Shown here in pieces: positions 17,329-27,553 of a stretch of DNA of 64,000 bases (positions within the stretch are counted from its first letter, which is position 1; each line of letters opens with the position of its first letter). The position numbers and the translations under genes are program-made. The stretch is from an uncultured Bacteriovoracaceae bacterium (lineage in GTDB: Bacteria; Desulfobacterota; Desulfomonilia; UBA1062): the NCBI GenBank assembly GCA_964600235.1, contig CAZRIV010000001.1, positions 286,727 through 350,726 of the forward strand, given 5' to 3'. The notes below the pieces were generated by a model. That model made no database searches and had not been told where the DNA came from. It was given only the letters and a program-made list of their open reading frames with translations.

Positions 17329-19026
17329 TCAGCGCACCGTTCCCCTTGCCGCCCTGAACGCCATGACCGCGCTCACGATGAAGAGCAACACCATGCCATG
17401 TGCAGCCGAATCGTTCGGACATGTCGAGGTATCGATAAAGCACTGGTACCACATCTTGTTCTCGTCATCATCATCGTCGTCGGCAGCAGATGTGGGATCA
17501 GTATTCACGGTGCGGGTATTCGTTCCTCCAGCGCTAGGAAGGCTGCTGATCTGCGGATCTTTGTTCAGGGAATATCCGTTTGCCGTACCGCCCCAGTTAT
17601 ATACCGAGGTAACCAGGCCTGAAGAAGGCTGGTAGTAATCAAAGGTGACATTCGGGCTCGATCCCCTGCGGATGCTCATGCACCCGGTAAAGGTATCTAT
17701 GCTGGAACTGGTCCCGACTACCATGCCGTTGCTCACCAGCTGGTTTTCCGAAGGTGTTCCCGGATAGAGAATGGTCGTGCCGCCGGCAGAGGTAATGGAA
17801 TCTGCGCTGAGATCTTCGCTCCCGCTGACACTCCTGAGCAGGTGAACGTTTCCGTTGATGTCCTTGGCCAGGTAATTATACCTGGTATAGGGGGCAAAGG
17901 TAAACTCGGTGGCAGACGTACCCGTCACCGAATCCGTTGTCGTAGTGCCGTCAGGCAAATAGCCGTGTTCCCTCAGAACTACGCAGTTGACGTTGTCCGC
18001 AGTAGAGAATGAATCGAAATAGATGCCGATGTCATAGCTCTTGAAGTCACCATATCCATAGAGAACCTTTGTATACCCCGGGATGGTGGCTGCCGTATAC
18101 TCGCCGAAATACTGGTTTTCCCAGATATTGGCGCTGCTTGCATCAAAGGTGTAGCCATGTATGACGACATTTTCCGGGGTATAATTCGGCCTGCTGCCAT
18201 AGGTGTTTTTGCTGGCATCCATGGACAATCCATTTATCCCTGAAGCATCGTTATTGGTATCCGAGAGATCTTTCCAGAAATAGGCCATTTCAACAATCCC
18301 TATTCCCGGTTGGAGATATAATATAATCGGGGCGATAGTATCTGATTTGAGGCCATAATTAATCCACCGGTATATTGCGACACAATGGCTGTATGGTAAA
18401 AGGGAATAGCCTGTGTTGGGGCTATCGAGACTGGCGACATATCCTGAATAGACCGGCTGTTCCAAGGCAGGAGAATTGGGATACATGAGGGTAGTGCCGC
18501 CTTCTATGATAAGACCTGCATCATCGAGATCCGTCTCATTTGGCCTGACGCTCTTGAGGATATGGATGTTCCCGTTCATGTCCTTTGCCAGATAGTTATA
18601 ACGCGTATATCGTTCCCCCATATAATAACCCGGGATATAATCTGGATCCGCAGGATCATCCCCTTGTGCCTGTATCCACTTACCCTGCCAGAATCCATGC
18701 TCACGATACACTGCACAGGTTATGTCTTTATAGGTCTCAATCTTGTCAAAGAACTCAGCGATATAATCCCCTCCTCCAAAGTCCCCGTAAGAAAGATAAA
18801 TCCAGGAACCATAGTAAAGACAAGGCGCACCTTCAGTATAAAAAGATGTGAAATAGTGGTTCTCCCACAAATCAGCGCTGTCCTCCGAAAAGGTGTAGCC
18901 GTTCAGGGTGACGTTGGCCTTTTCCGCATACACCGCACCCGTGCTCAGGAAAACACACGTGACGGCAGCAATGAGTACCCACATAATTGCAGGGAAGCGG
19001 TTTGCCCGGGTATTGGTCTTGTTCAT
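17329..19026 (-). CDS. secreted tandem-repeat protein with poly-Asp tract and C-terminal Cys / TM / basic tail (unknown function)
   Basis: N-terminal signal peptide (MNKTNTRANRFPAIMWVLIAAVTCVFLSTGAVYA). Two internal repeats of about 210-220 aa (GYTFSEDSADLWENHYF...YTRYNYLAKDMNGNIHILKSV versus GYTFDASSANIWENQYF...YTRYNYLAKDINGNVHLLRSV). The C-terminus reads AADDDDDDENKMWYQCFIDTSTCPNDSAAHG, then the hydrophobic helix MVLLFIVSAVMAF, then RAARGTVR. Confidence 0.6.
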   Translation of the reverse strand: MNKTNTRANRFPAIMWVLIAAVTCVFLSTGAVYAEKANVTLNGYTFSEDSADLWENHYFTSFYTEGAPCLYYGSWIYLSYGDFGGGDYIAEFFDKIETYKDITCAVYREHGFWQGKWIQAQGDDPADPDYIPGYYMGERYTRYNYLAKDMNGNIHILKSVRPNETDLDDAGLIIEGGTTLMYPNSPALEQPVYSGYVASLDSPNTGYSLLPYSHCVAIYRWINYGLKSDTIAPIILYLQPGIGIVEMAYFWKDLSDTNNDASGINGLSMDASKNTYGSRPNYTPENVVIHGYTFDASSANIWENQYFGEYTAATIPGYTKVLYGYGDFKSYDIGIYFDSFSTADNVNCVVLREHGYLPDGTTTTDSVTGTSATEFTFAPYTRYNYLAKDINGNVHLLRSVSGSEDLSADSITSAGGTTILYPGTPSENQLVSNGMVVGTSSSIDTFTGCMSIRRGSSPNVTFDYYQPSSGLVTSVYNWGGTANGYSLNKDPQISSLPSAGGTNTRTVNTDPTSAADDDDDDENKMWYQCFIDTSTCPNDSAAHGMVLLFIVSAVMAFRAARGTVR

Positions 19027-19029
19027 TTA

Positions 19030-19250
19030 AGCCTCCTAATATGAAAGTTATCTTTCCATTAAAGTTGCAATCATCATTTGCTGTTCATCATCATTTTAAC
19101 TTGTTCTTGCATATCGGAGGTCGTGTTCTTATTCTTTAATAATGTCATTTATTTATTTTTATATAACATCATATTTGGTATATTATGGCATTTACCGATT
19201 ATTACAGTTGTTCAAGTTGATGATAAAGTTCAGGGGCAGGAGCCCGATGG
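19030..19250. promoter_or_regulatory. AT-rich intergenic region containing the promoter of the secreted repeat protein gene
   Basis: About 220 nt of conspicuously AT-rich sequence in an otherwise 55-60% GC window. Confidence 0.3.
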
Positions 19251-19255
19251 AGAAA

Positions 19256-20596
19256 CTACAGGTTCTTCTTCAGAATGGACCGCGCCGCTACGATCCCGGA
19301 ACAGCTCGCCTGGATGAGACCCCTGGTCAATCCCGCGCCGTCCCCGATGACATAGAGCCCCTCGATCTGGGACATGAGATCGTGGTCCAGGCGGATCCTG
19401 TTGGAATAGAACTTCACCTCGATGCCATAGAGCAGCGTGTGCGCCGTGTTTACCCCGGGGGCAATCTTATCGAGGCTCGCAAGCATCTCGGATATGTCGG
19501 TGAGTATGCGGTACGGCAGGCAGTAGCTCAGATCGCCGGGAGTCGCCTGTTTCAGTGTTGGCCTGGTGGAGCATTTCAGGAGCCGCTCATGGGTGGTGCG
19601 CCTGCCGCCTTGGAGGTCACCCAGCCTCTGCACGATTACACCCTTGCCGAGCATGTTCGCCAGCCTGGCGACCGACTCTCCATATCCTATGGGGTCGTCG
19701 AAGGGCTCGGTGAAATCCGCACTGACCAGCAGGGCGAAGTTTGTATTTTCCGTACGTTTATTGGCCCACGAATGCCCGTTTACCGTCACGATGTCCCTCA
19801 AGGCCTCTATGACGACCTCGCCGTAGGGATTCATGCAGAATGTCCTGACCTTATCGTCAAACGTGCGGGAATAGCAGATGAATTTTGTCTCATATGCCTT
19901 TTGCGTCAGGTGCTCCATAATCACGGCCGGGAGTTCGACGCGCACACCGAGGTCAACGGGATTCGGGTGCATATCAAGGCCCAAACGCCTTGCCTGGCTC
20001 GACATCCATGACGAGCCGACCCTTCCAGGGGCCGCTATAACCGTGGACGCATGTATGACATCGCCGTTGGCAAGCCTTACCCCGGATATACGTGTGCCAT
20101 CGTGAAGGATCTCCTCGGCCTGGTTGTTGAATATCATGGAAACCTTGCCGTCAAGTTCTTCCCTGAGCCTTTCTAGGCCCACAAGAAGGTTTTCCGTGCC
20201 GATGTGTCTGATCTTGGTGGGGATATATACCAATCCTGCGACCCGGGCCTGGGCCGAAATCCTCTGGGCCTCGTCGGCTTCCAGGGAAAAAAGGTCTGCC
20301 GAGGGGGCATAGTGCGTATAAAGCGAATCGACATATTCCAGGAGGCCGATCAGTTCTTCGTCCGTGATGAGGTTTGAGAGATGCCCGCCCACGTCGGTGG
20401 AAATGGTAAGTTTTCCATCGCTGTAAGCCCCTGCTCCTCCCCATCCCACGAGCATCTCTTTGCCGATTCTCGATCTTTTATGGATGTCATTGCCCTGCTC
20501 GATAATGGTTATCTTCATTCGCGGATCATTCCTTACCAGTTCGAGCGCAGCGAAAATGCCGGCCGGACCGGCTCCGATGATGACTGCATCACCCAT
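19256..20596 (-). CDS. FAD-dependent oxidoreductase (COG2509-like uncharacterised FAD-dependent dehydrogenase)
   Basis: N-terminal dinucleotide-binding motif VIIGAGPAGIFAA; C-terminal GDGAG...RG; 446 aa. Confidence 0.7.
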   Translation of the reverse strand: MGDAVIIGAGPAGIFAALELVRNDPRMKITIIEQGNDIHKRSRIGKEMLVGWGGAGAYSDGKLTISTDVGGHLSNLITDEELIGLLEYVDSLYTHYAPSADLFSLEADEAQRISAQARVAGLVYIPTKIRHIGTENLLVGLERLREELDGKVSMIFNNQAEEILHDGTRISGVRLANGDVIHASTVIAAPGRVGSSWMSSQARRLGLDMHPNPVDLGVRVELPAVIMEHLTQKAYETKFICYSRTFDDKVRTFCMNPYGEVVIEALRDIVTVNGHSWANKRTENTNFALLVSADFTEPFDDPIGYGESVARLANMLGKGVIVQRLGDLQGGRRTTHERLLKCSTRPTLKQATPGDLSYCLPYRILTDISEMLASLDKIAPGVNTAHTLLYGIEVKFYSNRIRLDHDLMSQIEGLYVIGDGAGLTRGLIQASCSGIVAARSILKKNL

Positions 20597-21667
20597 ATGT
20601 CTTCCTCCTCTTTGTCATAAGAAGAAGCCCAGAGCCGAGCATGACAATGTCCGTCGACCACGCTGCCATTGCCGGACTTATCTGTCCGGAAATGCCGGCA
20701 TTGGTCATGGCCGAATGGGCCGCCCAGTAAAAGAGCCCGAGAACGATGCCTATGGATATTCCTCTCGCAATGCCCCCTGCCCTGGGGAACCTCAGGCCGA
20801 AGGGCAGTACGAGCATGGTCATGATGAACGGGGCAATGGCGAAGCTCATGCGGCTGTGAAATTGCGTCTCGAGGCTCACCGAGACTATCTTGTCCTCCTT
20901 GAGATGCCGCCGGTATTCAAACAGGTCATTCAATGAAAGGATCTCGGGCTTTGGCTCGGCCATTGCCAGATCGCTGGGCTCCTTCGCAAGGGGTAAGGGC
21001 ATGGCTTGTTGCGAAACCGAGATACCCTTGTTCGAGATGTCAATGGTTTCCAGTGAGCCGGTCTTCCATTCCATTCCATCCCAAAGCGCCGACTCCGCCC
21101 TGAGTATGGCATAGAGGGCTCCGGACCTGGTCCTGTAACAGGTTACGTTTCGCATGACGCCTTTGACAATATCAAGATGCTCCACATAATAGATATCATT
21201 GCCTACCCTGAACCTGCCGCCGCTAACGGAGAATGACCCGGACACATCATGTTTTCTGATGTAAATATCCTCTATCTTTTCCGCATGCTGCTGTGCGTTC
21301 GGGTATATCGAAAAGGAAAGGAGGGACATGAGCGCTACGGCGACAAGACCTACCAAAAGGTATGGTACACAAAGCCGCAGGAAGGAGATGGAGCAGGCCT
21401 GCATGGCAATGGTCTCCACATGCCTTGAAAACTGCGCCTGGGCGGCAATGATCCCGAGGCATACGGAGAAAGGAAGGACGTAGTATACCATCTGTGGCAA
21501 CGAGTACAGAAGATACTGCGCAATGATCGATGCCGAGGCATTGTGTTCGGAAAAGGTGTTGAGATCTCCGAAGACCTTCGAGATAAAAAACAGCAGGGTA
21601 AGGCTTATACACGCCCCCAGGCACATGGTCGAGGCCTTCTTGAGGATATATTTGTTGAGCGTACTGA
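20589..21667 (-). CDS. lptG: LPS export ABC transporter permease LptG (YjgP/YjgQ family)
   Basis: YjgP/YjgQ permease pattern (NKYILKK, multiple TM helices, periplasmic beta-jellyroll region). The ORF-track start at 21755 overlaps lptF by 85 nt; the true start is probably a non-ATG codon just after the lptF stop. Confidence 0.65.
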
Positions 21668-21670
21668 TAA

Positions 21671-22747
21671 TCAGATGCCTCCCTCGGTCAAACGCAGCTT
21701 CCTTGAGAGCATGACCAGGGCGAGCATCATGCTCAAAACGACATCGGGCAGCCATGCACCCGTGAATGGTGCGATGATCTGGGCCCTTACCATTCTGTCA
21801 GCCAGTGTATAGAAAAAATAATAGCTGACAATAGTGCCTATTCCGACAATGAACCCGGTAAACCTCGGGGATCTGGGTCTCACGATACCGAAACTGATTC
21901 CCACCATGCCGACTATCAGGTTCAGCACCGGGAAAGAGATGCGGTTGTAATAATCCTTGATCCTCTGAGGCTTCTTTTCCTTGTCCAGGAGCTTTCTGTA
22001 CTCCGTCTGTGTGAGCGAGTCATACGTCTTCATCTTGAGCTTGCGGGTGAAATCGGCATCCAGAGAGAACCTGTACTCATCGAAGGTCAGATAGCGGTCT
22101 GCCGTCTTGGTATCCATGAAAACACTTCCATTCTTCAGCTTCATGATAATGGAATTCCTGCTGGCCTCGATGGTGCCTTTCTCGGATGTTATGACAGATC
22201 GCTCATTGCCGGACGTTTCTATGAATACGTTCTTGAATTCCTTAGCCTTGGGGTTTACCGACTCCACATATACGATTATGCCCTTAAACGACGTATCGAA
22301 CTCCCTTTCCTTCAGAAATGAAAATATCTTCTGAGGGGCACTCTGCTTCAGCCTGGCCTGCACGGTCTTCATGGCCATGGGCCCTATGGTGGTGGAAATA
22401 ATCATATGGAGCACCATGGCACAAAGTGACAGGAGCAGCACCGGGGCGATTATGGTGTGGTTCTTCACCCCGCACGCCTTCATGGCGATGATCTCGGATT
22501 CCACGGACAGCCTCTCCAGAACGAGCAGAATCGTGAACAATACCCCCATGGGGATGACGAAAGAAGACATGGGGACCATGGCAAGCAGGAGTACGTCAAG
22601 ATCATGGATGCTTAAGGCCTTGCCCAGCGTGATCCATTGAATAATGATCATCACGCCGAACAATACGGCTATGATCCCACCGAAAACCTCCAACAGGGAA
22701 AAAAGTATGTATCGTTTAATCCTCATAACCGCCTGGAGTATAGGCAT
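21671..22747 (-). CDS. lptF: LPS export ABC transporter permease LptF (YjgP/YjgQ family)
   Basis: MRIKRYILFSLLEVFGG... with six TM segments and a central periplasmic domain; 358 aa. Confidence 0.75.
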   Translation of the reverse strand: MPILQAVMRIKRYILFSLLEVFGGIIAVLFGVMIIIQWITLGKALSIHDLDVLLLAMVPMSSFVIPMGVLFTILLVLERLSVESEIIAMKACGVKNHTIIAPVLLLSLCAMVLHMIISTTIGPMAMKTVQARLKQSAPQKIFSFLKEREFDTSFKGIIVYVESVNPKAKEFKNVFIETSGNERSVITSEKGTIEASRNSIIMKLKNGSVFMDTKTADRYLTFDEYRFSLDADFTRKLKMKTYDSLTQTEYRKLLDKEKKPQRIKDYYNRISFPVLNLIVGMVGISFGIVRPRSPRFTGFIVGIGTIVSYYFFYTLADRMVRAQIIAPFTGAWLPDVVLSMMLALVMLSRKLRLTEGGI

Positions 22748-22846
22748 GGATGACGCCCGTTGTCCACACCATCACCGTAATACAGGCGTCGCCGTGCCCG
22801 CCCATGATTGACACCTTCTGGAGAAACTTGTATGGTATCATTACAA

Positions 22847-23644
22847 ATGAAGAGAATATTTAGCTTTTTTATCATTATTTCCTGTGTTTCCATTCTCTAC
22901 GGTTGTTCGCATCGCTATTCCGCTCAAGAGTATGAAGCCCTCCAGTCTGAGCTGGACATGAGCAATAAGAGGGCGGACACATGCCTTTCCGAGAAGAAAA
23001 ACCTGGAAAGCGCCCTTGATGAAGCCCGTAAGAATCTGGATAAATCTTCCGCCGAGGTCACCTCGAATTATTTCAACAAGCAGCAACTCCTGGATAAAAA
23101 TATCGACTGCATGGAGGTAAATAAGAACCTCCTCAAACAGATAACCCGACTCAAGACCCAGATTCAGGAAAAAAAGGAAGACCTGTGGAGGCTCAACAAG
23201 GCACATGACTATCTCCTTGGTTTCCTTGAGACCGAGCGCGTGAATGATCAACTTTACATTGTAAAAGGGGATGATGCCCTCAAGATCATAATCCCCCAGA
23301 AGTCCATCTTTCCCGCATCCTACAGCGCCTGGGTAACACCCAGGGGCATATCCATGGTGAGAAAGATTTCAAAAGGTTTGAAGGAATTGAAACCGCTGCG
23401 CGTAGAGATCGACGGCCACACCGATGACGCATTGATCCCCAAACAGACCCAGAAGCTCTTTCCGACCCAGTGGGACCTCTCGCATGCTCGAGCCCTTTCA
23501 GTCCTGCTCCTTTTAGAAGGGCAAGGCATCCAAAAAGACAGGCTTTCCATAGGCTCATACGGAGAAACCCGGCCCATTGCGGAATTGACAACAGGAGGCG
23601 GCAGTAAGATGAACGGGCGTGTGGAGATCGTGATAACCCCATGA
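22847..23644 (+). CDS. OmpA/MotB-domain lipoprotein with N-terminal coiled-coil
   Basis: Lipoprotein signal MKRIFSFFIIISCVSILYGCS, a coiled-coil region, and a C-terminal OmpA-like domain (DGHTDD...SHARA...NGRVEI). Start taken at the internal Met at 22847. Confidence 0.7.
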   Translation: MKRIFSFFIIISCVSILYGCSHRYSAQEYEALQSELDMSNKRADTCLSEKKNLESALDEARKNLDKSSAEVTSNYFNKQQLLDKNIDCMEVNKNLLKQITRLKTQIQEKKEDLWRLNKAHDYLLGFLETERVNDQLYIVKGDDALKIIIPQKSIFPASYSAWVTPRGISMVRKISKGLKELKPLRVEIDGHTDDALIPKQTQKLFPTQWDLSHARALSVLLLLEGQGIQKDRLSIGSYGETRPIAELTTGGGSKMNGRVEIVITP

Positions 23645-23682
23645 ATATGGTTCAATCCGGGCATTAAGGACTCTGCAAACCT

Positions 23683-25533
23683 TCAGTGCCTGGGCGTGGA
23701 CTTGACCCTTTCGATCATTTTTTCGGTGAGGGCCTTGATATCCATGGTGTCTCCCCTGAATCTCCAGAGAAGATAGTGCTGAAGGTATTCACTGAATTCG
23801 GGCTCAAGAGCCTCCCACCTCTGGCGTATGATCTCGAGATGGGCTTCATGCGGGATATTTCCGGGCAATGACAACCCCTTGCGGGAAATGGCCCTGCGAA
23901 CCTTGTCATACCAGGCCAGAGACCTGCTCACGTACATCCGGTAAAACAGCCAAGAAAGTGCACCCGTGATGACAAGCCCCATGAGATACAGGGGAAGGTT
24001 CTCCACCTGTTTGTTTATCCCGGGTTTTGCAGACATGATAGTTACGGCGAACCGTATCTGGTCATCCAGGGAATACTGGATCACCCACCTGAGCCATCTG
24101 AAACGTAGCTCGTCAAGGATATGGAAGCGCATGCCCGTCGGGCGGGATCCATAGGGCGTGGCGTCAATGGCCTTCCATGTCGTGTCATAATACTCCACCC
24201 ACGCATGGGCATCGGATGCCCGCACGATGAAATAATCCCCGCCCGTATTGAATTCCGTAACCAGGAAACCCGTGACTACCCGTGACGGTATTCCGCAGCC
24301 GCGGATCATGGCAGCGAGCGCTGCGGCAAAATGCTCGCAGCTCCCCTTTCTGCTTGAAAAGACAAACCATTCTATGGCCGAGGTTTTCTCTGGAATATGC
24401 TGCCTCTGGAGCGTGTATGCATAGTTTGTCTGCAGGTATCGGGTCAAGCGCCTCACCTTCGCAGCCGCATCGCCAACGCCAGCGATACGCATGCCGAAAT
24501 TCCTCAAACGGCCGAGCTCCCCCGGCAGGTCGGTCTTGCCCGGGGCAGAGGGACCGGGTTCACGATTCACCCGGACATCATACAGGGGTGGTGTTTCACC
24601 TAAGAACAAGACATTGGACCCCTTTATAGCGTATTTACCGGGGGAGACACTATGCATCCAGAAAGGAAAAAAGACATTTCTCGATTCAAAAAGCGACGGG
24701 TATATCCTGAGAATGTCGGTGAATGCACTTTCATTGATGGGCACCGACCCCTGTCTATCATTCTTGTAAAAACCATCGGGGCCGACCCTTTCAAGCCTTG
24801 ACCCGGATAGATAGAATTGGTTCGGGGCATTGCCGTAAAGCCATATTATCCTCATTAGAATGTCTTGATCCAACCGTTCATAAGCGCTTCTTTTCAGGTT
24901 TACGTCCTCTGTGAAGGCGATGCGGTTGCGCTGGACAATGCTGTGTCTGATTATCGACGAGGCCGGTCTCGGCAGTACATAAAAAAGGATGCCGGCTGTC
25001 AGAATGATGGCCCCGGAGATGAGCGCCCAGTGCATCCTGTTCGTATGACCTGTTGCCCCGGATGTACCAAAGGCATGGGCATCAAGCTCGAAGAGGATCA
25101 TGGGTATCAGCACGACCATGATCACAAGACCCAGGATAAAGAGTGGGCTTATGGTGAATATTGTTGCCAGCAGACATTGTGAAAAAGATATTCCGACAAT
25201 CTGGTAAATTTCCCGTGACGTCTTCCTCATCACCAGCCTGACAAGCGCGAGGGTGATGATCATGTCCCTCACGAGAAAGACAACTACAGGCCCTGTGCGA
25301 TACATCGATGCGGCAAGCTCAAGACACAGGACTGCAAGGATGACCGCAACAGCGTGTTTTGCTCCAAGCATCTCGCGATCATACGACCATAACCCGACTG
25401 CAGCGTGCGCTCCCGCCAGCAGGGAAAAGGCGATCCACGGGAGGAGGTCCGCAAGGCTCATGCAGAGCATCCCGGTCAATGAGATGGAGAGCGTAAGGAG
25501 CTTCAATCTGTCAAATGTAGATAACCTGTGCAT
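23683..25533 (-). CDS. transglutaminase-like domain membrane protein (DUF3488 / TGase core / DUF4129 architecture)
   Basis: N-terminal poly-TM region; TGase core GSCEHFAAALAAMIRGCGIPSRVVTGF...DAHAWVEYY (Cys-His-Asp). Start chosen at the internal Met at 25533 to limit overlap with the DUF58 gene. Confidence 0.75.
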   Translation of the reverse strand: MHRLSTFDRLKLLTLSISLTGMLCMSLADLLPWIAFSLLAGAHAAVGLWSYDREMLGAKHAVAVILAVLCLELAASMYRTGPVVVFLVRDMIITLALVRLVMRKTSREIYQIVGISFSQCLLATIFTISPLFILGLVIMVVLIPMILFELDAHAFGTSGATGHTNRMHWALISGAIILTAGILFYVLPRPASSIIRHSIVQRNRIAFTEDVNLKRSAYERLDQDILMRIIWLYGNAPNQFYLSGSRLERVGPDGFYKNDRQGSVPINESAFTDILRIYPSLFESRNVFFPFWMHSVSPGKYAIKGSNVLFLGETPPLYDVRVNREPGPSAPGKTDLPGELGRLRNFGMRIAGVGDAAAKVRRLTRYLQTNYAYTLQRQHIPEKTSAIEWFVFSSRKGSCEHFAAALAAMIRGCGIPSRVVTGFLVTEFNTGGDYFIVRASDAHAWVEYYDTTWKAIDATPYGSRPTGMRFHILDELRFRWLRWVIQYSLDDQIRFAVTIMSAKPGINKQVENLPLYLMGLVITGALSWLFYRMYVSRSLAWYDKVRRAISRKGLSLPGNIPHEAHLEIIRQRWEALEPEFSEYLQHYLLWRFRGDTMDIKALTEKMIERVKSTPRH

Positions 25534-26434
25534 CACCCGTAATGGACTCCATGCCGGATCTCTTGATCTGACCGACCACGGATAACTCAACCAATATCTT
25601 GATTTTGTGCTCCCTTGTATATGCAATGCCCGTGAAAAGACCATTCAGGAGCAGCCCGAAGGGACGCCGGGTCCTGTAGAGTTCATTTATGACAAAGCAT
25701 GCCCTCGATACCTTCTGTTCCAGGTCGGGACCCGGCAGGAGAACCACGATGCCCCCCATACCTGATCCTCCTTCCAGGACCCTTGAAACGAGCCCCTGGT
25801 GCTGTTTTTTCCAAACGATTGAAGACAATGGATCACCCGGTGCATACGGTCTCACGTGTGAGATGGAATCCCTGGCCGTCCCACCCCCCGAATCGTGGGA
25901 GCCTATGGCCGGCGAGGACTGGAAATAAAGAGGCCTTGGGAAGACATGTATCTCCTGCTCGCTCTCGAAGGTGATGGATTTTTCAAACAGACCATAGGGG
26001 AATGTTGTGGAGATCGTGATGGACTTGAGTGAGGTCTTCCCCCTTTTGGGAAAGGTCATGTCCGCATGCAGCAGCTCCGTCTGCTGCTTTCTGAGAAGGT
26101 CTATCCTCACCGCCGCTGCATCCCTGATGATGAGGCGCTCGGAGTGATTCCGCTGATTCCGCAGGAGATACCCCATGCTTGCGGGTGTTCCTGCATAGAC
26201 CTCAGCCGGGATGACCCTGGCGATCTCTATGTGCCTCAGATTCATTTCCGACTCAATACCCGAGATGATCATGAATCCCAGGAGCACGGCAAGGATAAGG
26301 TAGAGGAGGTTGTTTCCCGTTGCCATGGCTATGACGATAATGCAGAAGAGAAAACCGAAAAAGATCTTCCCGGATTTTGTAAGCCTGAATCCCCGAGGCG
26401 GTTTCAGGATCTTATAAAGGGAGCTTAACCTCAT
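25511..26434 (-). CDS. DUF58 domain protein (MoxR-associated, vWA-like)
   Basis: Two N-terminal TM helices and the DUF58 pattern (YAPGDPLSSIVWK...). Encoded between MoxR and the transglutaminase as in the canonical triad. Confidence 0.75.
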   Translation of the reverse strand: MRLSSLYKILKPPRGFRLTKSGKIFFGFLFCIIVIAMATGNNLLYLILAVLLGFMIISGIESEMNLRHIEIARVIPAEVYAGTPASMGYLLRNQRNHSERLIIRDAAAVRIDLLRKQQTELLHADMTFPKRGKTSLKSITISTTFPYGLFEKSITFESEQEIHVFPRPLYFQSSPAIGSHDSGGGTARDSISHVRPYAPGDPLSSIVWKKQHQGLVSRVLEGGSGMGGIVVLLPGPDLEQKVSRACFVINELYRTRRPFGLLLNGLFTGIAYTREHKIKILVELSVVGQIKRSGMESITGDAQVIYI

Positions 26435-27368
26435 GGAGAACTGCCTCTATAATGCTGCCCGGGGCACCATTCTTCGCTATGATCCTGTGCTCAAGGACAT
26501 TCGGCGCAATGCTCATGATATCCCCGGGCGTAACAAAGTCTCTTCCGCTGATAAAGGCCCAGGCCTGTGCCGATCTCTTCAAGGCAAGCCCACCTCTCGG
26601 TGAAACACCCAGTTCCACATCCGGGTGCGTCCGTGTCGCCCTCACCAGCGTGGTTATGTAGGTCAGTATATCCGGATGGGTTTTTACCTGGGCGGTAGCT
26701 TCTATTAAATCAAGTATCTCCTGCCTCTCAATAATCGGGCTCAATCCCAATGCGTCCGTATGGTCTATGTCCTTTCTCAGTATCTCTGTTTCTTCCTCCA
26801 TGGGAGGATAGCCGATATTGGCCTTTATCAGGAACCGGTCCAGCTGGCTTTCCGGCAATGGAAATGTCCCCGCCACCTCCGCGGGATTCTGCGTAGCTAT
26901 CACCATGAAGGGTTCGGGAAGCCTGTAGGTTATACCGTCTATGGTTACCTGGGATTCCTCCATTGCTTCCAGAAGCGCGGACTGCGTCTTTGGAGATGTC
27001 CTGTTGATCTCATCTGCAAGGACGATGCTGGCAAATAACGGACCTTTTACCATGTCAAGGGTTGAAGAGCTCCCCCTGAAGGTATGAAACCCGGTTACAT
27101 CAGAGGGCAGCATGTCATTGGTAAACTGGATTCGCTTGAAGCTCAGGTGTAAAAGCTGGGACAGGGATATGGCAATCAGGGTCTTACCCACCCCCGGAAC
27201 ACCTTCTAGGAGTACATGCCCCCCTGATAAAAGCGCACAGAGTACGCATTTGAGGACATCATCCTGCCCGAGAAACACCTCATGCATCTGCCTGATAAGC
27301 TTCTGGATGAGTGCTTGGCCGTCAGAGTTCTGCATCATTGGTCCTTTGTCTTTATCGGCATCCCTCAC
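26412..27368 (-). CDS. MoxR-family AAA+ ATPase
   Basis: Walker A GVPGVGKT, Walker B LADEINR, and the characteristic ATQNP sensor region. The start may instead be the MMQNS Met at about 27338. Confidence 0.85.
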   Translation of the reverse strand: MRDADKDKGPMMQNSDGQALIQKLIRQMHEVFLGQDDVLKCVLCALLSGGHVLLEGVPGVGKTLIAISLSQLLHLSFKRIQFTNDMLPSDVTGFHTFRGSSSTLDMVKGPLFASIVLADEINRTSPKTQSALLEAMEESQVTIDGITYRLPEPFMVIATQNPAEVAGTFPLPESQLDRFLIKANIGYPPMEEETEILRKDIDHTDALGLSPIIERQEILDLIEATAQVKTHPDILTYITTLVRATRTHPDVELGVSPRGGLALKRSAQAWAFISGRDFVTPGDIMSIAPNVLEHRIIAKNGAPGSIIEAVLHEVKLPL

Positions 27369-27553
27369 AGCCCGGGTTGAATCGGAACAACGGATTCACT
27401 TCGGACAAAACTTGTCGTGCCGTATATCTTCAATAGTTGCCCTGAGAATAAATCGCAAGAGGAGCATATTACTCCGAAGTGCGTTGAGGAGATTTACTGA
27501 ACACACTCGTGTTAAACGGTATCTTTTCAGACCCTTGGGGGTAGTGGCTGCAG

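Noticed and set aside
17450-17490. GAT/GAC-rich simple repeat (gtcatcatcatcgtcgtc) as a possible microsatellite or phase-variation tract
   Set aside because: It simply encodes the in-frame poly-Asp run of the secreted protein. The repeat is short and a length change of one unit would stay in frame, so there is no evidence of slipped-strand switching.
19142-20011. 289-aa ORF overlapping the FAD-dependent oxidoreductase on the opposite strand
   Set aside because: Antisense to a gene with a clear Rossmann FAD-binding motif; it begins in the AT-rich promoter region by chance.
23683-27368. MoxR / DUF58 / transglutaminase operon as a novel system
   Set aside because: This three-gene arrangement is a well-known, widely distributed (though functionally obscure) module, so it is reported as features rather than as a novel finding.
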